Shown: positions 19,087 to 29,335 of the stretch, piece after piece
Layout: each line of letters begins with the position of its first letter
Position numbering within the stretch: position 1 is the first letter of the stretch
NCBI GenBank assembly: GCA_029056365.1
Contig: JAIDBM010000064.1
Location: 1 to 42,871, forward strand
Direction of reading: 5' to 3'
DNA length: 42,871 bases
Origin: Muribaculaceae bacterium
GTDB taxonomy: Bacteria > Bacteroidota > Bacteroidia > Bacteroidales > Muribaculaceae
Translations under genes and position numbers: made by a program
The notes under the pieces: model-generated
The model's database searches: none
Seen by the model: the letters and a program-made list of their open reading frames with translations, nothing else
Told to the model about the DNA's origin: nothing

Positions 19087-20010
19087 ATGATACGCTTTTA
19101 TGCCTGCGAAGAAAACGGCCTTACGGAAAAAACCGACTGGGAACCGCATTACTGGATTAATGTGGAACAGGCCGTTGCGGCAGATACCGATTACCTGTGC
19201 TCACAGTGGGGGGTGCCGGAATCGTTCGTGGAAAATCTGGCCGATGTCGACGAGCGTCCGCGTTTTGAACGCGAAGACGGATGGTTGCTGACAATCGTGC
19301 GTATTCCGGTACGCAAAAAAGACGACCCGCTGCAATACCATACCGTGCCGTTGGGAATCATGACAAAAGAATCATATATCATAACCTTGTGTTATGCCGA
19401 AACCGAAATGATTCCCGACTTCATCGACCACTGCAACAAAAGGCACATCTCGGTAGGGAACCAGCCCGACTTTGTTCTGCGCATAATTTTTTCATCCACC
19501 TTCTGGTTTCTATGCTATCTGAAACAGATAAACGACACCGTGGAGCTATATACCCGCCAGCTTGAACGCAGCGTACGCAACGAGGCTCTGCTGTCGATGA
19601 TGAAACTCCAGAAAGCCCTGGTGTATTTCAACACCTCGCTGCAAGGCAACCAGCTCCTTGCCGACCGCATCGACAAAGTATTCGCCGACAACTGCGACGC
19701 CGACCTGCTGGAAGATGTGTCGATTGAACTCTCACAGGCAACCAACACGGTGAATGTGTACATGGAAATCCTTTCCAACTCAATGGATACATTCGCATCG
19801 GTTATATCCAACAATGTGAACGATGTTATGAAAACCATGACCTCTATCTCGGTAATTCTGATGATTCCCACTCTGATAGCCAGCTTCTACGGCATGAACG
19901 TCGATGTATGGTTCGCCTCGGCCCCGGCCGCTTTCGGCAGCATAATACTCATATCGTTCGTGCTTGCGGCCATCGTGTGGTATTTCATAAGGCGAGCGCG
20001 ATGGATATAG
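19087..20010 (+). CDS. corA: CorA-family Mg2+/Co2+ transporter
   Basis: Two C-terminal TM helices flanking FYGMNV; SNNVNDVMK. ATG 19087 chosen as start. Confidence 0.9.
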   Translation: MIRFYACEENGLTEKTDWEPHYWINVEQAVAADTDYLCSQWGVPESFVENLADVDERPRFEREDGWLLTIVRIPVRKKDDPLQYHTVPLGIMTKESYIITLCYAETEMIPDFIDHCNKRHISVGNQPDFVLRIIFSSTFWFLCYLKQINDTVELYTRQLERSVRNEALLSMMKLQKALVYFNTSLQGNQLLADRIDKVFADNCDADLLEDVSIELSQATNTVNVYMEILSNSMDTFASVISNNVNDVMKTMTSISVILMIPTLIASFYGMNVDVWFASAPAAFGSIILISFVLAAIVWYFIRRARWI

Positions 20011-20124
20011 AACACACCGTTAACACTTTTTTTATAAAATATAATGCCCGTTTCTGACATTTGGCGTAACTTTGCATTTGATTTCACTTGAATTATAAAT
20101 CGACTTTAATTCCCAATAACTGAC

Positions 20125-21453
20125 ATGGACAAAATAGAATTACACATCGAAAACGCCGTATCTGGCCTCAAGCCCGGCGCATTCGATTCGCTCGCTCCTG
20201 TTGCCCAGGATGCATTCAACACTCTTGTATCAGGAAACGGAGCCGGAAACGACTTCCTCGGATGGGTGAAACTCCCCACCGAAACTCCTCACGAACTTAT
20301 CGCCGACATTAACGCCACCGCCAAAAGCCTGCGCGAGAAATGCCAGACTGTAGTGGCTGTGGGAATAGGCGGAAGCTACCTCGGTGCAAAAGCCGTTATC
20401 GAAGCTCTCAGCGACAGCTTTGCCGCATACCGTCACGAAGGTTGCGAAGTGCTCTTCGCCGGCCAGAACATCGGCGAAGATTATCTGTATGAACTGTCCG
20501 ACTATCTGAAAAACCGTCAGTTCGGTATTGTTGTCATTTCTAAATCAGGCACCACCACCGAACCCGCCATAGCATTCCGTCTGCTCAAGGAACAGCTCGA
20601 AAAACAGGTGGGACGCCAGGAAGCCGCACAACGCATTGTTGCCATCACCGATGAAAAGAAAGGCGCACTGCGCAGCCTCGCCAACGAAGAAGGCTACAAA
20701 ACATATATCATCCCCGACAACGTGGGCGGCCGCTTCTCCGTGCTCACTCCGGTAGGACTTCTGCCCATAGCCGTGGCCGGCTTCGACATCGAGGCTCTCG
20801 TATGCGGCGCGGCACGCATGCAGCACGCCACTCTGAACAACCAAGGCGGAATCGCCCTCACATATGCCCAGACTCGAAACGCTCTGTATCAGGCCGGCAA
20901 GAAAATCGAGATTCTGGTGAACTACAACCCGAAACTCCACTTCTTCGGCGAATGGTGGAAACAGCTTTACGGTGAAAGCGAAGGAAAAGACCACAAGGGT
21001 ATTTATCCTGCAGCCGTCGACTTCTCAACCGACCTCCACAGCATGGGCCAGTGGATACAGGAAGGCGAACGCACCATATTCGAAACCGTTATCTCTGTTC
21101 TCGGACAGCAACACAGCGTGGTTATCCCTACCGACGACTCCAACCTCGACGGCCTGAACTATATAGCCGGAAAGCGCGTTGACGAAGTGAACAAAATGGC
21201 CGAACTCGGCACCCGCATAGCCCACGTCGACGGCGGTGTTCCCAACATCCGTATCACAGTGCCGGCCCTGCGCGAAGACTATCTCGGCGAACTTATATAT
21301 TTCTTCGAGGCCGCATGCGGCATCTCGGGCTACATACTCGGCGTGAATCCGTTCAACCAGCCCGGCGTGGAATTCTACAAACGCAACATGTTCGCCCTGC
21401 TTGAAAAACCCGGTTACGAAGCAGAAACCGCTGCCATCAAGGCCAAACTCTGA
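20125..21453 (+). CDS. pgi: Glucose-6-phosphate isomerase
   Basis: [41 protein letters not shown]. Confidence 0.97.
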   Translation: MDKIELHIENAVSGLKPGAFDSLAPVAQDAFNTLVSGNGAGNDFLGWVKLPTETPHELIADINATAKSLREKCQTVVAVGIGGSYLGAKAVIEALSDSFAAYRHEGCEVLFAGQNIGEDYLYELSDYLKNRQFGIVVISKSGTTTEPAIAFRLLKEQLEKQVGRQEAAQRIVAITDEKKGALRSLANEEGYKTYIIPDNVGGRFSVLTPVGLLPIAVAGFDIEALVCGAARMQHATLNNQGGIALTYAQTRNALYQAGKKIEILVNYNPKLHFFGEWWKQLYGESEGKDHKGIYPAAVDFSTDLHSMGQWIQEGERTIFETVISVLGQQHSVVIPTDDSNLDGLNYIAGKRVDEVNKMAELGTRIAHVDGGVPNIRITVPALREDYLGELIYFFEAACGISGYILGVNPFNQPGVEFYKRNMFALLEKPGYEAETAAIKAKL

Positions 21454-21475
21454 TTTCACCGTCAATCCTACACCA

Positions 21476-21511
21476 CAAAGAAGTCTGCGGCATTTGCCAC
21501 AGGCTTCTTTG
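21476..21511 (+). terminator. Probable intrinsic terminator after pgi
   Basis: CAAAGAAGTCTGCGGC-ATTT-GCCACAGGCTTCTTTG imperfect stem. Confidence 0.65.
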
Positions 21512-21578
21512 CGTTAATAAATAGTTAAATTTTAAGCTTTATTCATTTATATAAAGGCGAATTGCTAATTTTGTGCCT

Positions 21579-22319
21579 ATGTTCGCATATCTGACCATCG
21601 ACCAAGGCAATTCAAGCACTAAAGCGGCGCTGTGGCAACATGGCGGTATCTCCGACAGATTCTGCGTTCGCGACGGCGATTTCCAGGCAATAAAAAACCT
21701 CATCGCCGGTTGCCGCATGCCCGTCAAAGCCGCGCTATGCAGTGTTGCCGAGTCGCAGAACAACATGCTGATGTCGCTGAAACGACTCGGCATCGACACT
21801 CTGGACATTAACTGCCGCACTCCCATGCCGCTGAAAATCAGATACAGCACTCCGGAAACTCTCGGAGCCGACCGAATAGCCGCAGCCATGGGAGCCTTCG
21901 AGCTGCATGGCGGCAGCAACATTCTCGTGGCCGACATCGGCTCAGCCGCCACTTACGACCTCGTTACAGCCGACGGACAATATCTCGGCGGAAACATATC
22001 TCCGGGACTTGGAATGAGACTCCGGGCCCTCAACAGCTTCACTGCACGCCTGCCATTGGTCGACGCATACGACGGTCCGGCCAAGATGTTCGGTTCCGAC
22101 ACCCGCGAGGCCCTTCGCTCGGGAGCTGTATACGGAGTTGTGGCCGAACTCGAATTCTACGCCCGGCAGGCTGGGCCGGATGCAAAAATAATGGTTACCG
22201 GCGGTTGGGCCGACATGATTTCCAGATACACTTCTGTGGAATGCATCGTCAACCACGACCTGGTATTAATTGGATTAAACAGCATACTCGCATATAATGA
22301 AGCTAAAATTTCTTGCTAA
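21579..22319 (+). CDS. coaX: Type III pantothenate kinase
   Basis: IDQGNSSTK, LGADR, DIGSAATYD, GGNISPG, TGG. Confidence 0.93.
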   Translation: MFAYLTIDQGNSSTKAALWQHGGISDRFCVRDGDFQAIKNLIAGCRMPVKAALCSVAESQNNMLMSLKRLGIDTLDINCRTPMPLKIRYSTPETLGADRIAAAMGAFELHGGSNILVADIGSAATYDLVTADGQYLGGNISPGLGMRLRALNSFTARLPLVDAYDGPAKMFGSDTREALRSGAVYGVVAELEFYARQAGPDAKIMVTGGWADMISRYTSVECIVNHDLVLIGLNSILAYNEAKISC

Positions 22320-23550
22320 GACTCTGGCCACCGCTCTTATCGTATGCGGAAGCGCCATCGCACTGAACGCCCAGAACGGCACCCTGACTCCATACTCGCG
22401 CTACGGCTACGGAATACTCCGCGACAACGCTACATCGGCCCAGCGCTCGATGGGTGGCATCGGATACGCCATGAACTCCGGGCGACAGATTAATGTGATG
22501 AACCCCGCGTCGTATGCCAGAATCGACTCTCTTACTTTTCTGTTCGACATGGGGCTCGACCTCACCAACGTGTGGATGGAGGAGAACGGAGCAAAAGAAA
22601 GCCACATAGGCGGCGGACTCGACTACATCAACATGCAGTTCCCGCTCGGACGATACATGGGTGCAAGCGTGGGTGTGCTGCCTTACGCCTCCACAGGCTA
22701 TTCTTTCGGAAACAAAATCGACAATGGCTCGGACGCCCGCGAAGGCGGTGGCAGCATCAACATGCTGTATCTCGGCATCGCCGGACGACCGTTCAAAGGC
22801 TTCTCGATCGGTGCCAACATCAGCTATCTGTTCGGAACCGTATACAACGACACCTACGCCTACACCGTAACCGGCTCGACTTCGCTGCTCGAACGCCAGA
22901 TTGAAGTGCGCGACTACCACCTTGAATTCGGAGCGCAGTACAACTTCAGCATAGCCAGAAACACTTTCACCCTCGGCCTTACATACGCACCCGGCAAAAA
23001 ACTGCTCGGCAACTATCGCGAGTTTTTCTATGACCCCTCGGTCGACTCCGCTCCCGAAGAAGAGTCGACTTCCCTTTCACACCGCTACTCCCTGGCCGAA
23101 AGCTGGGGCGCCGGCATAAACTGGCGCTGGAACAACCAGCTGATGCTTGAAGCCGACTTCACATACCAGCCGTGGAGCAAAGCCAGATTCCCGGGTTACG
23201 ATTTATCGGACACCAACATCGAACATGCCCTGGCCGACAGATACAAAATAGCATTCGGCGGTGAATTCATTCCGGCCCCGCGAGGCAGCTATTTCAAACG
23301 CGTACACTACCGTGCCGGTGCGTTCTGGAACCGCGACTATCTGAAAGGCAAGAACAACAACCTGCGCGAATACGGCGCGTCGATAGGCTTCGGTCTGCCT
23401 GTGCCCGGATTCAAGACTATGGTGAACCTCGGTCTGGAATGGTCGCACCGTCAGGCATATCCCAACCCGCTTATAAAAGAAAACTACATATTCGTTACAT
23501 TAGGCATAAACTTCAACGAAATGTGGTTCCGACAGAATAAGCTCTATTGA
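22297..23550 (+). CDS. Outer-membrane beta-barrel protein (FadL/OMPP1-like)
   Basis: Signal peptide, TPYSRYGYG, SMGG..NPAS, C-terminal TLGINFNEMWF; conserved position after coaX in Bacteroidetes. Confidence 0.75.
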   Translation: MKLKFLAKTLATALIVCGSAIALNAQNGTLTPYSRYGYGILRDNATSAQRSMGGIGYAMNSGRQINVMNPASYARIDSLTFLFDMGLDLTNVWMEENGAKESHIGGGLDYINMQFPLGRYMGASVGVLPYASTGYSFGNKIDNGSDAREGGGSINMLYLGIAGRPFKGFSIGANISYLFGTVYNDTYAYTVTGSTSLLERQIEVRDYHLEFGAQYNFSIARNTFTLGLTYAPGKKLLGNYREFFYDPSVDSAPEEESTSLSHRYSLAESWGAGINWRWNNQLMLEADFTYQPWSKARFPGYDLSDTNIEHALADRYKIAFGGEFIPAPRGSYFKRVHYRAGAFWNRDYLKGKNNNLREYGASIGFGLPVPGFKTMVNLGLEWSHRQAYPNPLIKENYIFVTLGINFNEMWFRQNKLY

Positions 23551-24182
23551 TGCGACATCTGACGCTGATATTATTGCTTCCGGCCGTACTGCAGCTGATT
23601 ATGGCCTGTTCGGAGGAAAAACACGAATACGTAGCCAACGCAAGCGGACTCACGCCCACTATGCGCACTGCCGATGTCTCGACATTCGTCAGCGACTCAG
23701 GATACACCCGATACAAAATCACAACACCGCTATGGCTCATGTTCGAGGATGCCGACGAACCGTTCTGGAGTTTCCCCGACGGACTGCATCTGCAGCAGTT
23801 CGATAAAAACATGCGCCCCGAGGCAACCATGGACTGCGACTCCGCCAAATTCTTCAGCGCCAAAGGCCTGTGGGAACTCGACGGACATGTAGTGGCCGTA
23901 AACACCATGCGCGACAGCTTTCTCACCAACCAGCTGTTCTGGAACCGAAACACCAGGCGAGTTTACTCCGATTCCTTCGTTCATATAGTACGCGCCGACC
24001 ACATTCTTGAAGGATACGGCTTTGAAAGCGATGAACAGATGAGCGCATACAGCCTCAAGAACCCCACCGGCATAATTCCGGTGAAACGCAACGGATTCGG
24101 ACAGGCGGCAGCTGAAAACGACAGCAAGGCCGACTCGGCCGCCCCTGTCATGCCACGCGCAAGACGCAAGGCGCCAATGTGA
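23547..24182 (+). CDS. lptC: LPS export periplasmic protein LptC
   Basis: Lipobox MAC, SDSG..RY, FPDGL, TNQLFWN, SDSFV, GYGFES. Confidence 0.8.
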   Translation: MMRHLTLILLLPAVLQLIMACSEEKHEYVANASGLTPTMRTADVSTFVSDSGYTRYKITTPLWLMFEDADEPFWSFPDGLHLQQFDKNMRPEATMDCDSAKFFSAKGLWELDGHVVAVNTMRDSFLTNQLFWNRNTRRVYSDSFVHIVRADHILEGYGFESDEQMSAYSLKNPTGIIPVKRNGFGQAAAENDSKADSAAPVMPRARRKAPM

Positions 24183-24224
24183 TTACGCCCGATATGCCAA
24201 CCCCAAACAAAACCGAACTGAAAA

Positions 24225-25484
24225 ATGACCACCTGGCTTATCATAGCTCTCATTTCCTTACTGCTGTCGGGCCTGTTCTCCGGCACTGAAATGGCTTTTG
24301 TAACATCCGACAGAGTGCGGATGGAAATCGACGTCAAACGCGGAGGCATTCTTTCGCGCATGATCAACCGATTCTATGCCAACAGCGAATTCTTCATCAG
24401 CACAATACTCGTTGGCAACAACATCATGCTTGTTATCTACGGCATGGGGGCAGCCGCGCTTATCGAACCCTGGCTTGAACGCCTGGGACTCGGACAAACG
24501 CTGGTTCTGATCGGACAAACGTTGATTTCGACTGCAGTGATACTCATCACCGGAGAGTTCATGCCAAAGACTATTTTCGGTATTAATCCGAACAAGTCGC
24601 TCAAAATAGTGGCCTTGCCGATATATATTTTCTATATTGTCCTTTATCCGGTTTCTCTGCTCGCCACGTGGCTGTCGCGTCTGCTCATGAGAGTTCTGGG
24701 TGTGAAAGACTCAAAACCACGGCTCAGAATTCTCTCGATAGGCGACCTGAACGATTACCTCGACTCTACAATCGACGAACTCGAAGAAAAATCAACCGAG
24801 GTAGAACATGAAGTGAAAATTTTCCGCAACGCGCTCGACTTCTCAAACACCCGCCTGCGCGACTGCATGACTCCACGTAACGAACTTGTGGCCGTGAACA
24901 TCGACAACACCGACCGCGACCAGCTCGTAAAACTTTTCACCGACAGCGGCAGAAGCAAGATTATTGTATACCGCGACAACATCGACAATATCACCGGGTA
25001 TATACACGTCCGCGAACTCTTCGACCCGGAAAGCGACTGGCAAAAACACATACGTCCGGTGTTATACGCTCCCGAAAACCTGCTGGCTAACAAAATGATG
25101 CGACGGATGCTGCAGCAGAAAAAATCGGTGGCCGCAATCGTGGACGAATTCGGCGGAACAGCCGGACTCGTAACTCTCGAAGACCTGGTGGAGGAGATTT
25201 TCGGCGACATCGAGGACGAACACGACCGTACCGGCCTTACCGCACGGCAGATTTCCGACGGAATATGGGAATTCTCGGGCCGATGCGAAATCGCCGACAT
25301 CAACGAACAGTTCCACATCGACCTTCCCGAAGACGATGCCTACCAGACCATTGCCGGACTCATTCTGCATGCCACCGGAACCATACCCGAAGAAGGCTCG
25401 CAAGTGAACCTGCCCCCATATCGCTTCGATATAATGCGCAAATCGGCCACCCGGCTTGAACTGATACGCGTAAGCACCATGTAG
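24225..25484 (+). CDS. Hemolysin/CNNM family protein (DUF21-CBS-CorC)
   Basis: FSGTEMAF, LVGNN, GEFMPK, MTPR, VDEFGGTAGLVTLEDLVEEIFG. Confidence 0.9.
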   Translation: MTTWLIIALISLLLSGLFSGTEMAFVTSDRVRMEIDVKRGGILSRMINRFYANSEFFISTILVGNNIMLVIYGMGAAALIEPWLERLGLGQTLVLIGQTLISTAVILITGEFMPKTIFGINPNKSLKIVALPIYIFYIVLYPVSLLATWLSRLLMRVLGVKDSKPRLRILSIGDLNDYLDSTIDELEEKSTEVEHEVKIFRNALDFSNTRLRDCMTPRNELVAVNIDNTDRDQLVKLFTDSGRSKIIVYRDNIDNITGYIHVRELFDPESDWQKHIRPVLYAPENLLANKMMRRMLQQKKSVAAIVDEFGGTAGLVTLEDLVEEIFGDIEDEHDRTGLTARQISDGIWEFSGRCEIADINEQFHIDLPEDDAYQTIAGLILHATGTIPEEGSQVNLPPYRFDIMRKSATRLELIRVSTM

Positions 25485-25486
25485 CC

Positions 25487-26881
25487 ATGCGATCGCTGGG
25501 CCGCAACTACGCGCTTAATGTTGTAAACACCGTAGGGGGTGTGATATTCTATCTTATCACATTTCCGTATTCGGCCCGTGTGCTCGGCCCCGAATGTATC
25601 GGACAGGTTAATTTCTTTCAGTCGATTATAACCTACATCTCGCTTGTAAGCTGTCTTGGAATTCCTTTGTACGGCGTACGCGAAATCGCCCGGATCACCA
25701 ACGACCGCTCTGTACGCTCGCACACAGCCATCGAGATTATGCTTCTGCATCTGCTTCTCACCGTGGCCGGAGCCTTGATTGTGGCGGTGCTGTGTGTTTC
25801 AGTACCGCGCATACATTCCGACATTCCTCTATTCATCATACTCTCATCCTCTTTGCTTTTTGTGGCGGCAGGCTGCGAATGGTTCTTCAGCGGCACCGAA
25901 GATTTCGCCTATATAACATCCCGCGGCCTGTGCGTAAGGGTTCTGTATGCCATAATACTGTTCACCTGTGTGAAAGGTCCGGACGACCTCCTGCTTTACG
26001 CCGCTCTGACTGTATTCGGCACCTACGGCAGCCACGTGGTGAATCTCGCCCGGTTCAGACGACTTACAGGAGACGGCGTAATGCTGTCGCGACTGCGTCC
26101 ATGGCGGCACATACGCCCTGTGATACGCCTGTTCGGAATGACCGTCGCCTCGGCCATATATATCAATCTAAACGTGGTGATTCTCGGCTTTGCAAGCGGC
26201 GACACTGCCGTGGGCTATTTCATGGGAGCCATGAAAATAATCACGGTTCCGCTGGGTTTGCTTACAGCGCTTCAGACAACCCTGCTGCCACGGACATCGG
26301 CACTTCTGGCCTCAGACCGTCCCGACGAATACCGTATGCTGCTGCGCAGGTCAATGCGTTTCGTATGGGGCATAGGACTGCCGATGGGCATCGGACTCGC
26401 ACTTCTTGCCGAACCTGTGGTTTCATTATTCTGCGGCGACGCATACGCACCGGCGGTAGCGGTGCTGCGCATCCTCGGCCCTTCATTAGTGCTCATAGCA
26501 TTCGTATGCGTGCTCAACGCCGCCGTGTTCATTCCGCTCGGATACGAACGCTACGCCACTCTGGCGTGCGCCGCCGGAGCGCTGGCAAGCCTTGCGGTGA
26601 ACCTGCTGCTTGTGCCGGACATGGCACAATGCGGTGCCGCATGGGCATCGTTTGCCGCCGAAGGAACCGTGGCCGCCGTAATGGCCTGGTATATGCGCCG
26701 ACGGCTCAAAATAGGAATCGTCGACAGAACCACCCCGGCGTTCTTTATGGCTACCGCTGTGATGGCGCTGGCTGTAATATGGCTCGGCGGACTCCACAGT
26801 GGCTACCTGTGGCAGCTTGCCGGACTCCCGCTGTGCGGTGCCGCAGTCTACGGCGCCACCTTGGCTGCGAGCAGGCGGTGA
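25487..26881 (+). CDS. wzx: Wzx-type polysaccharide flippase
   Basis: About 12-14 TM segments; ITFPYSARVLGP, LGIPLYGVREIA, EWFFSGTEDF, LLPR. Confidence 0.85.
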   Translation: MRSLGRNYALNVVNTVGGVIFYLITFPYSARVLGPECIGQVNFFQSIITYISLVSCLGIPLYGVREIARITNDRSVRSHTAIEIMLLHLLLTVAGALIVAVLCVSVPRIHSDIPLFIILSSSLLFVAAGCEWFFSGTEDFAYITSRGLCVRVLYAIILFTCVKGPDDLLLYAALTVFGTYGSHVVNLARFRRLTGDGVMLSRLRPWRHIRPVIRLFGMTVASAIYINLNVVILGFASGDTAVGYFMGAMKIITVPLGLLTALQTTLLPRTSALLASDRPDEYRMLLRRSMRFVWGIGLPMGIGLALLAEPVVSLFCGDAYAPAVAVLRILGPSLVLIAFVCVLNAAVFIPLGYERYATLACAAGALASLAVNLLLVPDMAQCGAAWASFAAEGTVAAVMAWYMRRRLKIGIVDRTTPAFFMATAVMALAVIWLGGLHSGYLWQLAGLPLCGAAVYGATLAASRR

Positions 26882-28134
26882 CCTATGCGGCAGTAAAGAC
26901 ATTTTCGGCTGTCGCAATAACAAGTGCGCAACTGTATCAATGCCTGCGATGTATAGGCATCGCCGCAGTTTATTCCAATGCGGTCGAACATACGTGTATA
27001 TACATTATTCTCGGCCTTGATGCTCTGAAGCATCTCCACGGCACGTTCACGGCGCCGGTCATCATCGCGTGCCACGCCATATGCATGCAGCAGCGGAACA
27101 GCCACGTTTATCACAAGCGAATCAATCATGCTCTCGCTCATGGCATGTACATCGGGGGCTTTCTCGCTCTCGAAATTATATCTGCGCGACCAATAGCCTG
27201 TGAGATCTTTCCGGAACAGCGAGCGGGCCTCCTCTATAGTCTCCACATTCACTGCCTTCGACCCGGCGCTGAAACCGTCGAACATCATGGCGGCAAGGTA
27301 GGCAAGACGGCGATGCGGAAAATTCTGAGGACGCATCCGGGCCATCTTCCAGCCCATATTCCCCGGCGCCGTCATGCCGAACTTCGCGCTCATGAACCGG
27401 TATTCCTCTATCATGCGCCGGACATAATGGTCGGGGTTCGAAGTCTGTCCGTCGAGAAAGCCGGCCATACCGAAAAGCATTCCCTCCACAGTCACAGGCG
27501 AATCGCGGTGCTTGAGCATACGGCGCAACGGAAGAGCACGGGCCAGACGCTCGAACGGCTCGCTGTTGGTTTTGAAACCCAATGCCCGTGCGAGTGTGAT
27601 ATAGGCGGCATTGCGCCAGTCGCCCCCGCTATCCTCTACATAACTGAGCACCCGGTCGGATTTCACATACAGGCGCTCATGGGCAAGGGCGTTTATCCAG
27701 TCGCTTATATAAACCGACGGCAGCGAGGGCAATTCGCGGGCGCATGGCAATTCGCCATAAACGTTGTTGACCATCGAGTCGTAGCGACGGCGGAAATCAG
27801 GCGAACACGGCATAACAATCTGCGGAATAGGCTCTCCGTCGGTGTGCCTGCGAACCACACAATCGTCGTCGCCCACCACATGGAGCACAACCGAACCATA
27901 GGCCGGATCGGAGTCATGACCATGACGGTGCCAGTCGCTGGCCCGCACATGTATTTCCACATCGCCTGCCCACATATGGCCGTCGATGTTTATCTTGGCA
28001 TTGAAAAAATCAGGGCCCGACCCGGTATTAAGCAGCCCGGGATCAACCACCGACACACGCCTGCCGTCGGTAGTACGCATTCGTCCGGACACCCACAAAC
28101 GGTGCTGCCACACATACTGCATCAGTTTCTCCAT
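26848..28134 (-). CDS. DUF2851 family protein
   Basis: MEKLMQYVWQH, GPDFFNA, GDVEIH..SDW..HGH, RPQNFPHRRL, C-terminal CDSRKCLYCRIG. Confidence 0.85.
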   Translation of the reverse strand: MEKLMQYVWQHRLWVSGRMRTTDGRRVSVVDPGLLNTGSGPDFFNAKINIDGHMWAGDVEIHVRASDWHRHGHDSDPAYGSVVLHVVGDDDCVVRRHTDGEPIPQIVMPCSPDFRRRYDSMVNNVYGELPCARELPSLPSVYISDWINALAHERLYVKSDRVLSYVEDSGGDWRNAAYITLARALGFKTNSEPFERLARALPLRRMLKHRDSPVTVEGMLFGMAGFLDGQTSNPDHYVRRMIEEYRFMSAKFGMTAPGNMGWKMARMRPQNFPHRRLAYLAAMMFDGFSAGSKAVNVETIEEARSLFRKDLTGYWSRRYNFESEKAPDVHAMSESMIDSLVINVAVPLLHAYGVARDDDRRRERAVEMLQSIKAENNVYTRMFDRIGINCGDAYTSQALIQLRTCYCDSRKCLYCRIGHRLLAAKVAP

Positions 28135-28155
28135 GGCCGGACTCTATAAGTGCAT

Positions 28156-29226
28156 TCAGAGTCTGTTAAAGCGCGAACCGCTTATTTTCTCACCGTCGGA
28201 ATTATACAGGTCGAAACGTCCGTCGCCACCGCCTATAAGAAAATCGCCTGAATAATACGGACTCACCCCTTTTAAACTCATCACTTTTTCCTCGCGTATA
28301 GTGAACAGTTTCTCACCATCGGTGTCAAGCAGCTCCCAGCGTTCATCGTCGCGCTTCACTATAAAGCGGTCGTTGCCATAAAACTGCACATAGTCGTATT
28401 TTACAGGTATCACCACGGTGCCTTCGGTATCAACCACGCCCCATTCACCCGATTCATCGTCATATACCAGCGCATAGCGTCCGTTAAAGCCTTCGACGAC
28501 CAGGCCCGACTTCAGGCGTGTAAACTCGCCGTCGCGCTTCCAGAAACCCCAGTAATCGTTCTTCTTTACCGGAATACGGCCATCGACCATGCTTCCGAAC
28601 ACAGCTTCAACACCTTTCATATCGGCCAGTTTCTCGCCGTTGCGGTCAATGAGAATCCACTTTTCCCCTATGTTTGCCGGAGCACATCCTTCTCTGAAAT
28701 CATGAATAGCGCTGTATTTTATTTTCACGGCAATCTCGCCTTTGGTATTCACGGCTCCCCACTTCGATTCGTATGTATCCGTGTCGGATTTCCGCAATAT
28801 CAGCATTCCGTCCATGAAGTATTCGTTGCTGTAAACATCACGTCCGAGCGAAAAACGCACCTCTCCGTCCGTGTCGGCTACTTCAAGTTTTCCATCATCC
28901 TTGCGCCGGAACGGAATCAGACCCTCGTTCACGGTGCCTGCCCAGTAGAGACTCTCAAGTCCGTCGATAAGTTCCGCTTTTTTCTTGCCGAAGCGATACA
29001 CATCATAGCCACGCTTGCCATTGACGGTAAAACAGCCGTTGACTACAGGCGACACATAGCCTTTGAAATCGTAGTCGACAGTTGAGCCATCGGGCGACAT
29101 GAGAGTCATACGCTGGTCGGAATCGAGATAAACAGGCATATATTCGACTTCCATCCGGCTTTCCGAACACGCCACAGACACAAGGCCGAGCAATATCATC
29201 AATGGAAATAACAGCTTTGAACGCAT
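28156..29226 (-). CDS. WG-repeat lipoprotein
   Basis: Lipobox VAC; repeats KWGAVNTKGE, YWGFWKRDGE, EWGVVDTEGT. Confidence 0.8.
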   Translation of the reverse strand: MRSKLLFPLMILLGLVSVACSESRMEVEYMPVYLDSDQRMTLMSPDGSTVDYDFKGYVSPVVNGCFTVNGKRGYDVYRFGKKKAELIDGLESLYWAGTVNEGLIPFRRKDDGKLEVADTDGEVRFSLGRDVYSNEYFMDGMLILRKSDTDTYESKWGAVNTKGEIAVKIKYSAIHDFREGCAPANIGEKWILIDRNGEKLADMKGVEAVFGSMVDGRIPVKKNDYWGFWKRDGEFTRLKSGLVVEGFNGRYALVYDDESGEWGVVDTEGTVVIPVKYDYVQFYGNDRFIVKRDDERWELLDTDGEKLFTIREEKVMSLKGVSPYYSGDFLIGGGDGRFDLYNSDGEKISGSRFNRL

Positions 29227-29335
29227 ATCAGTGTGTTTATTATGGTTAATTTCTCAAAGTTACATATTTTTTTCTGATTCTGCCAAACAAATGCTAAAAT
29301 TTGTTTCATTCTGAATTTGCGGAGGCTGACATACT

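Noticed and set aside
24225-25484. Hemolysin as a virulence toxin
   Set aside because: The DUF21-CBS-CorC architecture indicates a CNNM metal-homeostasis protein; 'hemolysin' is a legacy name.
25792-28149. 785-aa plus-strand ORF
   Set aside because: It overlaps wzx out of frame and DUF2851 antisense, has Arg/His-biased composition and shows no motifs. It is a shadow ORF.
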